From Amphiscolops sp. MND2022 (lineage: Eukaryota): DNA of 64,000 nucleotides. Of the stretch, positions 39,901-49,610 are shown in pieces (position 1 is the stretch's first letter; each line of letters starts with the position of its first letter). The stretch is taken from contig OZ076409.1 in assembly GCA_964187785.1 (NCBI GenBank), forward strand, positions 88,786,001-88,850,000, read 5' to 3'. The translations under genes were made by a program, and so were the position numbers. The notes beneath the pieces are model-generated. The model worked only from the letters and a program-made list of their open reading frames with translations, ran no database searches and had not been told where the DNA came from.

Positions 39901-41165
39901 TCAAAGGCCGACTTTCTAAAAGTGTCAGCTATCAGAGCCATCTCACCTGAACTATCGCTGTCCTCCGGCATAGAAATGTCCCCTACCTCAAACAGTGCGC
40001 TAAAATCTCCATGAGATTCTGAATCTTGTCCGGGGTTGGTTGTGGCTTCCTCAGAGCTTGAATTTCCTGACTGCATGGGCTTGGGAGTCTAAGCACGTGT
40101 CCGGGTTAGGACATGTTTTGTCCTTGAAGGAGCAGTGGCTGGTGTCCCCTTTACGGCTCCGATGACCATTCTTTCCATAGTGGAGCAAGTCATATTAATG
40201 GCCTCGTCTGTTAAAACGCGCAACAGATGGTATATCTGTGGCTCAGTGAAAGCTACAGTTCTGTGACCCACTGGAAAGGTGTATGCGTTTTCCGCCTCAA
40301 AATACTGCTTCAGGATAGCCCGACTGCGCCCTGATAGTTCTCTCAATGGCTCTTCAAAGGTCATTCTGGATGTCCCAGGCTGGTTGTTGAGGCATTCTTC
40401 TAGTTCCGTTTCGGTACCTTTTTCAGATTCGAGCTCTGAGTATCCTGGGACTATCCCATAGAGGGGAGGGAGGTTGTCCAGCCCAGATATTTCTCCTGGG
40501 GTATCAGTGTCACTTCCACAACTGGTTGATTGGGCCGGTTTTCCGGGAAGTGAAGGAGGTCCGCTGAAGGTCGAGGAGGAATCTTCCTCAGCCTGAGATA
40601 AGGAAGCCCCGGCATTCTCCTTCAAAGTACTTGTTGTGGGCTGTAACTCAGGGAACCCAGTCTCTGTGGTCTCAGCAATCTTCAAATTCATTTCAAGCTG
40701 AGACAGATTTGAAGATTCACTTGGGTGTTGAGTGCCAGATTTTGGTGTACTGGTCCTCCTAGGATCAGTGGGTGGACTGGAGGTTAAATCATCTGCATTT
40801 CCCGTTGTCTTGGGGAATACTGTAGCAGTCTGACTTGTTATATCTTCTGAGGCTGTTCGAGCCGCCTCCATTCGTTGCACCATTTCAGTAGCATAGGCTG
40901 TCACATCTACGTTGCTGTCAGTGCTGAAAGGGGAATCAACAGCAGTCTGAACCTGAGAGAATAAGTTCCGTGTTGGGTGGAAAGAAGGAGGAGAAAGGGC
41001 CGAGATTGGCGCACTCTCTGAAAGGACAATCTGGGTCGACACCTGGTTGAGTTGAGCAGGTATGCCTTCCTCGGTGTTGGCTGGTACTTGTTGGTCATCT
41101 TCATTCTGATTCTCTAAACAGAAAGAGATGAACGTAGGCGGTGAGCTTCCTTGAAAGAAATCCAT
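36989..41165 (-). CDS. Antisense five-exon cargo gene (~1300 aa): disordered N-terminus, BED-like zinc finger, putative hAT-transposase-derived fold; one premature stop in this copy
   Basis: Exons 41165-39156, 39020-38535, 38506-38477, 38439-38223 and 38151-36989 join in frame via GT-AG introns of 135, 28, 37 and 71 nt (3906 nt total). In-frame TAG at 40091-40089. WCHMC...RHHRTERH finger. Homologue at 61444-64000. Confidence 0.8.
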
Positions 41166-42225
41166 TTACCGCGTTAGAAACCTTCCGGAAGTGATTTGAA
41201 AATTTGAACAGAAACGTGCTATCACGTGTTTGCTATTGGAAACAGGATGCTGATATGAACATAGTCTAGCCCTGATCAAGCTAAACTAGTTCAATAATGA
41301 AAATCCAGACCAACCTGAATTTGAAGACATGTTCCTTTTTGAGCCGCTGTCACCAGGGTAACTGTTTGGACCCAGCTGATAAGAGTAGTGTAGTCAGGCC
41401 GGGTACGGCTGAGAGAAAGGGAAGCACAAGATGCCCTCGTGGAAAGACGAGACAATAACGGAGCCGGGAACGGATACGAATGTATGTAGCAGCAGGAATA
41501 CAAGTATGAATGGTATGAATCTAACAAATACAGATGTCAGAGGAATTGGTTAATGTAATTGTTGAGAATGAAAAGTTGGAGTTCGTGGCTGAAGAAAGTT
41601 ATCAGACTAATATTATTTAGTTATTTACATATTTATTATGTACATGGAGTCTGCCAGCAAAATGTACAAAGAACTTTGTTATTTACAGCTTACTTAGTTA
41701 GTTGCCGATTCCGGCCGTTTGACCAGTTGCACTTTATTATTTAGTTCAGTTAACTCAGTTACCGCTAGTTAAAAAATCCGCCATTTTGAATTATTTTGAT
41801 TTATTATTTTCGCCATTTTATTATTTAATTTTTCATTTTATCAGAGCTTAACTCTGATTGGCTGAAGCCATGTTGAAAGAATTTAGCGGCGCGTGTTATT
41901 AATTGATCCGAAGCAAGCCGTTAATTACCCACTTAGAGAGAAGATATTTGATATCAACAAATTAAGTGCTGCTTACACCCACTTTGATGATGGCTAGTAT
42001 GAAGAGCAAACACCTACTTAATCGAAGCCGCCAACCCCGTTTAGGAATTTCGTTCAGGAATGTTTACGATGAATCGGGACAATCAACCTGAAATTCTCCC
42101 GCTAAATTGGAAACTTCGAGAGAAGGCCCGACTCGGAATTTGAGGAAGCAACAAGCTCATTTTGATCTCAAACTCGCTCACGACAAGTTGACTAGCAAAT
42201 CTCCAAAATTGCGAAAAAACTAATA

Positions 42226-42996
42226 ATGGAAAGATTCAATAAAGCAAGAAAACTCTTTGGTTCCTTGGAATTCAGCTCTGACTCATCGAGAGACTCTGTA
42301 ATCTACATCAGCAGTGATGAAGAAACTTCTGACGGATGGGACTCAGATTGGTCTACGGACACAGAAGAGATGGTGAGGAGGATTGAAACTCAAGTCCAGG
42401 CTGAGCCAATTACCATAGCCGGCAGAAGGATGACGACGGCGAGCGACGAACCTGGTCCTAGCTTTGTGCCTTCAGACATGCAAACTACACCGAAGCTGGA
42501 CAAAACCTACTTCGACGAGCAACTATGCTATGCTCTGCCTAGAGGCTACACGAAGAGAAGAATAGAATTATGCAAGACGATTTTGCCTGTGTTGGAGTCG
42601 CCGCTCTCGCCCCCCGCTCATGAGAGAGGGCCGTCTATGGATACGCCGGTGATACAACCCGAAAGTAGTGGATTTCATGCTTCTTACCACATACAAAATG
42701 CGTTGCCTTACACTGATATCAGCTCCCAAAGGTGCACAAGCTGTATGGTCTGTGGAAAATCTGTGGACGAAATAAAATCAATAAAAATAAACAGATATAT
42801 GGAAGTCCTAACTCCAAGGAGCGAACCCGCTTACATCACGGCTCTCAGGAAAGAAGCTTACATCAATGGTCTTAATGCAGGCAGTCTTCTTTTCATTGCA
42901 CCCGCTGTGTCGCAGGCTGCCGCCTGTGACGGCACAAGGATTACAACAACAGCTGTTGGCCAGGATGTGGCCCCAGGAACTCTCCCTACCTATTAA
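42226..42996 (+). CDS. Accessory ORF3 of unknown function at the env position, overlapping the 3' LTR
   Basis: 256 aa; acidic/Ser-rich N-part; CTSCMVC motif. C-terminal YINGLNAGSLLFIAPAVSQAAACDG is conserved in the second element (YLAGMDQGTVLFIPMGVSQAPACD). Probably started further upstream (KIAKKL shared; TAG at 42193). Confidence 0.75.
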   Translation: MERFNKARKLFGSLEFSSDSSRDSVIYISSDEETSDGWDSDWSTDTEEMVRRIETQVQAEPITIAGRRMTTASDEPGPSFVPSDMQTTPKLDKTYFDEQLCYALPRGYTKRRIELCKTILPVLESPLSPPAHERGPSMDTPVIQPESSGFHASYHIQNALPYTDISSQRCTSCMVCGKSVDEIKSIKINRYMEVLTPRSEPAYITALRKEAYINGLNAGSLLFIAPAVSQAAACDGTRITTTAVGQDVAPGTLPTY

Positions 42997-44636
42997 AGTA
43001 AACTAAAACTTACTCTTAAACTTTTACGTTGCTTATGTATTTTGTTGCCATATTATTTTAGAAAATAGCCGAAAGGGCCGTACTGGGACGTATTCCCTGG
43101 TTGCCAAAACTTAGAATTATTGCACTTGTTGATCATTTATAGTCAACCTTAGTTTGAATGCCAACTGTATATTAGTCTGTTAACATAGATCGTGCTGTGT
43201 TGTTGTATTATCAATGTAATGCAGTAATAATCAAAGATTATAGTAAGCAACTAAGAGAAAGTACGGAAACAAGTTCAAATGGACTCCTGTACTTTCTTGC
43301 CAACGCCGCTTGCGCTCACCCAATTACCCAATCAGAGGCCTTCATTTTCGAGTGCTTTATTCTCTTTTGCCAATTACGGCCTTTGTACAATATGGACGAG
43401 TGTGCTATTAATGCCGTTCAGGCGAACGGCCTAATCCGGCTATTTAGTCTCCAATGAGTGAAGCGCTTGTAATTGATGCTAATTTCATGTAGTAGTATTT
43501 ATTTAGTAGTAAGCTTTGTTGATCACGAAATACCAATTTGAAGTGCTATTTAGTACTTTGTTGTGTTACTAACAAATAGTTGCCCGGTTCTACTTTAATA
43601 TAACCCTGTTGCATGGAATTTGATGTTATTGCCTTAACAGGCCTTTTGCCATTGTACCTACGATAAGTATTTAGATCAAACAAGTTTGTTGTGCTGTCAC
43701 GTGCTAAAGAACGCGTACCTGTATCAACAAATACCTGTTCGATGGAAATATTTTGCCAAACATGTAAACGATGCTAGCGGTTGAATGTTTGTTCCTTTGA
43801 TGTGTAATATTTGGAACGGATGACGTTCATCCCGTGACCATCAGAAATGCAGTCATATGATATTGTCTTAGTCAAAGAATGTAAAAAATGTGAGTGTCAC
43901 TCTTTCGGGGGTATAAATACCTGTGCCTTTGAGAGAGGAGACACTTCTTAATTTGCTCTCTTCTGAAAAAGACTATCATATTAATACAAACGGTTTCACT
44001 GTTATTTTCGAGATATAATCTAATTCAATTTTATACTCGAAGTTTTCCTCATGCCTACTACAAGAAAACAAAAGAAGACTAGAAAGTCCAGAGGACTAGA
44101 GATCCTTTCTGATATCGAAAATCTTGACATAATGTTAGGAGGCGATCATTACAATGGAACTGAAAGAGAAAGGAGTTTAGAAAGTAACTCCGTTAGAAGG
44201 AGAGAAAGCATCGTGAGTGATAATTTAGACAACGAGGGCGGAAGCCTGTTTTCAAATTGTAGAAATGATGAACCTAGGACAAGTGCCGACCTTGGCCAAA
44301 ACTCAGCTGAAGCAAACTCACTAGCTGAGATAAACAGGTTGTCTAGCGAATTGAACTCTAGGATATCCCGTGAGATGGATGAAATGATGAGTAATGTTGA
44401 TACGTTGATCCAAAGGGCCATTAATGAAGCTATTAGTAGTCAAGTATTGCCTCAAATACAGAATGTCATAATGGCCGGATCAGGACGAGAGACCAGAAGG
44501 GGATGGGAAATCCCAGTTGAGAGACCGGAAGTAAATGCCGAGGAACAGCGAATTCAAAGTGCTAAGGCCGACTGTAGAAATGAACAACATGATGGATACC
44601 GACCGAGTGGTCAATCAAGCCGTCATGCTCATGACA
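42908..44636 (+). repeat. 3' LTR
   Basis: 1729-bp direct repeat of the 5' LTR, followed by TSD GGGAA. Confidence 0.97.
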
Positions 44637-44710
44637 GGGAACATCAAGATATTTTAGAACAAAGTCTCACAATTCGGAAAAAAACAGTAAGATTAATTAG
44701 GAAGGGCTAG
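44051..44710 (+). CDS. Intact gag-leader ORF in the 3' LTR, reading out into flanking DNA (219 aa)
   Basis: Same as 29844-30429 but without the stop; the last ~24 codons come from host flank. Expression unknown. Confidence 0.45.
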   Translation: MPTTRKQKKTRKSRGLEILSDIENLDIMLGGDHYNGTERERSLESNSVRRRESIVSDNLDNEGGSLFSNCRNDEPRTSADLGQNSAEANSLAEINRLSSELNSRISREMDEMMSNVDTLIQRAINEAISSQVLPQIQNVIMAGSGRETRRGWEIPVERPEVNAEEQRIQSAKADCRNEQHDGYRPSGQSSRHAHDREHQDILEQSLTIRKKTVRLIRKG

Positions 44711-45067
44711 AAAAATTCTGTGAAAAGTCGGCGGCCTTTCAGTGTGAGGTCTGTGGTCTGGAGGAAAAAAAGAGTCAGTGTAAAGTCAGGAATTTTTTGT
44801 TCACACAAAAATAGCAGACTGAAAAAGACTACAAAGTATCAACTCTTTTTTTGTCTTTGCTTATACCCAATACCGTATCTATAACAGATACCGTAAAAAG
44901 TCGAATATAGCAATTGCAACATACGATTTTGTACTGATATATGTTATTTCAAAATTTTGGAATTACTCAGAAAATTGAAAAGAAAATAATTTGAAAAGAA
45001 ATAACTGTAAATAAAACCCAAAGCCTACTGAGAATCCACCCATTCAACCATTCGACCGTTTTTCCTA

Positions 45068-45321
45068 ATATATTCAAGCTGCCAACATCACTTAGTTCAA
45101 ATTAGTAAAATATAAAGTAATTTTTAAAAACAACAGCCCAATAGGAGTTGACAGCTTTTGCTATTTAGGGGTATTATTCAAGTACAACAATACCTCTCCG
45201 AAAGGTATTGTTGTACTTGGCTAATACCCCTAAATAGCAAAAGCTGTAAACTCTTATTGGGCTGTTGTTTAACAACTTTACTGACTAATATAAACAAAGT
45301 GACGTTGGCAGCTTGAATATA
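45068..45321. repeat. Palindromic MITE-like element
   Basis: ATATTCAAGCTGCCAAC...GTTGGCAGCTTGAATAT ends; central CAAGTACAACAATACCT/AGGTATTGTTGTACTTG stem. Confidence 0.8.
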
Positions 45322-45341
45322 AAAGAAAACAAAAAATGCCT

Positions 45342-45402
45342 GACGTTCCCGTCTTGTTTATCGTTAGTTGAGTCAACTAACGATAAACAAGACGGGAACG
45401 TC
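45342..45402. repeat. Perfect 30-bp inverted repeat with 1-nt loop
   Basis: GACGTTCCCGTCTTGTTTATCGTTAGTTGA-G-TCAACTAACGATAAACAAGACGGGAACGTC. Confidence 0.95.
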
Positions 45403-46421
45403 TAAAGTCGACGCTAGATCTAAGACTCAAAGACCGCAGATTTGAAATAGGTATAGAACGTATTCTTAAAAAACCCGTTTTCGGACCTCCGCCTTCTCCT
45501 TACAGAAACGCTATATAGATCTGATATAACGTCAAAAGTTCGAATGTAGCCCTTAACTGCGTATAATACGAGGAGGACCTCAATAAAATCGAAGGGGAGG
45601 ACTTTGAAGACAAAAACGTTTTCCGAACAAAGTCTCACAACGCTAAAAAAATTGAAAGGGGGACCTTTTAGTCTCAATTACTCTACCGATCCTAACCTAT
45701 GGCTGCGAAGTTTGGGGACATGAACATTTTGAACACATTGAATTTTTTTATCGGACTTATTTGTGAACGCTCTTAAACGCTCGGAAAATTACTCTAAAGG
45801 CAATGATTTACGGAGAATTACGTAGAAGTTAAATAAATTGTCAAATTTGTTTCGAAGTTTTTGTTTTTGCAGACGGTTGAGCGACGACAAAAACAAACTC
45901 TCGTTCCTAATGTACGATTACCTACAAAAATTTCCCATCCATATAAATGGTTGTCGTGTGCTCAAACAATACTGATAGAATGCGGAATTCCGGTGCTTGT
46001 CATTTTATGGAGAATTTAATGAAGCTCACTTCAAAGAACATACAAAGAACAAGCTACAGGAAGTGTCGACACATCAGTGAAAAGTAACTGACTCTGCAAA
46101 GTGTATGCTTCATTTGAATACAAATATCGATAAGACCCTTTATTTTTACCCTGAAGACAAAAGATAGAATTGAATTGAGTAGATTTCGATGTGCTGCACT
46201 GATTATAACAGATGATCAGGGAAGAGTTCACAGGTGTAAAGGTGACGCATTGTCCTCTGTAATAATCAAGTGAGTGCTGTTGAGTACCACTTGTTACTGG
46301 TCAGCGCTGAGTTACACGACTTACGGTCAAAATACCTAGGCAATTGCTATCAACAAAACCACCGTCATCTGAAACTTGACCAATTCATGAACTTGAAACT
46401 TTGAATTTTGTACATTCTATG

Positions 46422-47982
46422 TGTCACAGTCCGCGCCCGGACTGGATTGAATTAAAAGCAAACTAAAACTAATATAGGCCACCGCTTCGCCAATACGATT
46501 GAATTTGCGTCGCGACTACGCTACGTCACAGCTATGGCAGCTAGCTAGAATTTCATTCCAAAATGTGACGTCAGCATGTCGTCTAACTTGGCAGCTAGTC
46601 AGAAATTCATTCCAAAATGTGACGTCAGCATCTCGTCTAACTTGGCAACCAGCTAGAAAGTATTCCAAATCAGACGACGATATGACGTCACAGCTATGGC
46701 AGCTAGCTAATTTTCATTCCAAATTTACGTCCACTATATCGGCGGACTAAGTCTAATACTAATACGTACGTCCACGTTACGTCGCAAATCCATCAAAATA
46801 GCTGTTTTAATCCATCCAAAACACCACATTGACGTCCACGCGACGTCCACTATAATGGCGGACTAAGTGTAATACCAAATTTACGTCCACTCTACGTCCC
46901 AATTTTATAAAATTAGGCGTTTTAGTCTGTATTAAATTTAAAAGAAGCTTTATTTTACTACGGTAAAACTAATCGAAGCTAGAATATGAATCAACGTCAA
47001 CACTACGTCGCAATTTAACTAACCAAACCAAATTTTGAATCTACGTCAGTATTGCGTCGACTAAGATTCAATTCGAACGGAATATGGTATTTAAGCCAGG
47101 ATTTTTCAGATTTACTTAAAATAACAGTGTTTTAATACGATATACATTGAAAAGTCACAGTTTATATTCAATTTGTGTTAATAAAATGATGTCCAAGCTG
47201 GATTTTAAATGTACGTTTTGACTACCTAATTTCATAAGTTCATATTCTGTTTGACGATGTCACGTCGTCTTTTATTGTTGCTCAAAGGTGTTGCTCCTAA
47301 CTTTAATCAGATAAATATTTATCAATTGTTAAAATATATAATTGTTTAGCCTCATGTAAATCAGTCACTCTCTTAGCATCACCAAATTGCCTAAATCAAG
47401 ATAATTAGTCATAATATTCTTTAAGTGGAAATTCAAAATCAGGTATTAGTTGTTCACGTCAGCGTCATCTCCGCGTCGGTTTCTTACGAACCAAAGCAGA
47501 AAAACGGGGAAGTATTTCCGGTTTGACAGACTGAAGTAATATCTACTTCCTGCTTGGGAGGAAACAAAAGGACGCCGGAATGAAATGATATGATCATGAT
47601 TGATGTCTAATACTAGATTAGAATTGCCGTGTCTTAAAAATTGACGAAATGCTGACGAAGATCAAAGTTTTGCCGCAAAATTACAGGAAGTGACTAATAT
47701 CTCGATGGAAATTAAAGTACGCGAGTATGAAAAGATGATGCTAGGAGGGTATATATAGCTTGTACCTGTAAACTTATTCATTCAATTTCTGATTCAATCT
47801 GCTGTCTTGTATCAAATTCTACTTTGTTTTGTTAAAACAATTACTCTGCAAACTTCAATTCAAAATTGATAAATCCGAAAATCTTTTCATCAAGAGAAGC
47901 TAGAAAAAAAGAATGTCCTTCAAAAAAGCAACAAAAATGATCAAAAATGTACAGAACAACGACCCTAACAGGAGTCGTTACA
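46422..47982 (+). repeat. 5' LTR of non-autonomous element
   Basis: Near-identical to 49611-51171; TATA-like GGGTATATATAG ~47747. Confidence 0.93.
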
Positions 47983-48117
47983 TGGTGACAGGAGTTTTGG
48001 ACCTTTCAACAAATGTACCCAAGAAAACCTCAGCTTGAACTACCGTCCAAAGAGCGTCCCTGCACATTGCGAAAACTCTTCGCCCCAAAAACGAAGACGA
48101 ACATACACTAATTGAGC

Positions 48118-48252
48118 AACGCAACCCAAACGGCAAATGGAGACTACTTGTTGACCGACTGATGATAAACGAGTTAAAATTCGACGACTACACCAACAAC
48201 ATTCAACCCGTCACCGTCAGTACATCGTCAGATGCAGTCCAACACCTGCCGA
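48118..48252 (+). pseudogene. Reverse transcriptase remnant
   Basis: Translates to NPNGKWRLLVDRLMINELKFDDYTNNIQPVTVSTSSDAVQHL, aligning to KPNGKLRLLVDLRKINNLISDDYINNNHPVSTLVDAAQHL of the pol at 31546. Confidence 0.85.
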
Positions 48253-48671
48253 AGACATCGTTTACCACAACACGAGGTTCCAAAAGCTGGCAACATACCC
48301 CTGGGGCGTTACTTTTGCCCAGAGTCGGGTGAATTAGCTCACATCGGTAAGTATTAAAAAAAAAGAAAAACTAGACTCTTCCTGAGGCCGAGATGTGCGT
48401 TCGAAAGATGACAAAGACGTAGTCACTGAAGCACACATTCCCGAATCGACTAGTCAGAAAATCTAAGCTATTAACATACAAAAGCAGAAAAGGCCTATCT
48501 GCAGTTTCGTATGATTCAAAAAAGCTTAATGAAACGGGAAATATTACAAACCTAAGGGTTGTTGAATAACCAGCGCGTCGGCGTCACTGATACGCACATC
48601 TCCCTCAGAGAACAAAAATGAGTCTAATTATCACTTTGCAGATCATGATCTTTTAAGACCAAATTGATCTG

Positions 48672-48832
48672 AAAATGACCGGGTTATAACAGCCCATATA
48701 CAAAGACGACGCAGGATTGACGTCGCAAATGACCGGGTTATAACAACCAATATACAAAGACGACGCAGTATTGACGTCACAAATGACCAGGGTTATAACA
48801 GCCCAATACTGATACGACGTCATTATGACGTC
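48672..48832. repeat. 54-bp tandem repeat (~3 copies)
   Basis: AAATGACCGGGTTATAACAGCCCATATACAAAGACGACGCAGGATTGACGTCGC units. Confidence 0.85.
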
Positions 48833-49610
48833 AACAGTGACCGCAAAAAATTGAAGTTGGATTATCGCTAACAAAATTGACGTCATCAAAACGGTGACAA
48901 ATTCAAAAGTTAGCTATGCTAACGAACTTGACGTCAGCAAAACGTTGACATCTATGGTCAAACGAATTAATTTAATTCGTGGCCAATAAAAACGTGACGT
49001 TGGCAAAACGTCAACACCTGGGACTATAAAGGAATTGAAAGGCAGCTTCTACCACCTCCCAAAAAGTGCTATACCGAACTACAGAGTGGTACCGGAAATG
49101 TCACATTCCTCTGGGAAGGCGTACAACCAAAACAATCCTCTCTTCAATTTCGACAACCCCGCGAGATATCTTCGTCCCATGAGAGTGGCCCTGTCACAGT
49201 CCGCGCCCGGCCTGGATTGTGGTTGCCGAGAGGCGCAGTTTGGACGTGATCATGGATGCATTATGAAAACAGTTAGACTATCTTATTAAATTGGAATAAA
49301 CTGTGACAAGTTAAAACCATCAAAATCTAAATTATGAGTGATTTCAGAACTTAAAACATTCCGAGATAATTTCACACATTTCCAGACATGCGTAGTGATG
49401 ACAGTAGAATTTTAATCATTTTCCTGCAAAATACAACCGAGACATATCATTGGAATTACTTGTAGCAAAAAGAACGAAACTACGTCAAAATTTAGGACTA
49501 AAGAAAAAAACAATTTGATAACCAATTATTTGACGGTAAAATACTTCCCTAACATCATATCTTTCATTTTATTAAGCCCCCGAGAATCATTCGTTCTATA
49601 AGAGTGGCCC

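Larger units (their letters stand above)
28701..44636 (+). mobile_element. Full-length giant (15,936 bp) Ty3/Gypsy LTR retrotransposon with accessory genes
   Basis: TGTC...GACA LTRs of 1729 bp each; TSD GGGAA (28696-28700, 44637-44641); PBS; gag; pol in PR-RT-RH-IN order. Confidence 0.97.

Noticed and set aside
46520..48832. CRISPR-like arrays in the short repeats (also 6742-7136)
   Set aside because: Tandem units lack unique spacers; eukaryotic context; no cas genes.
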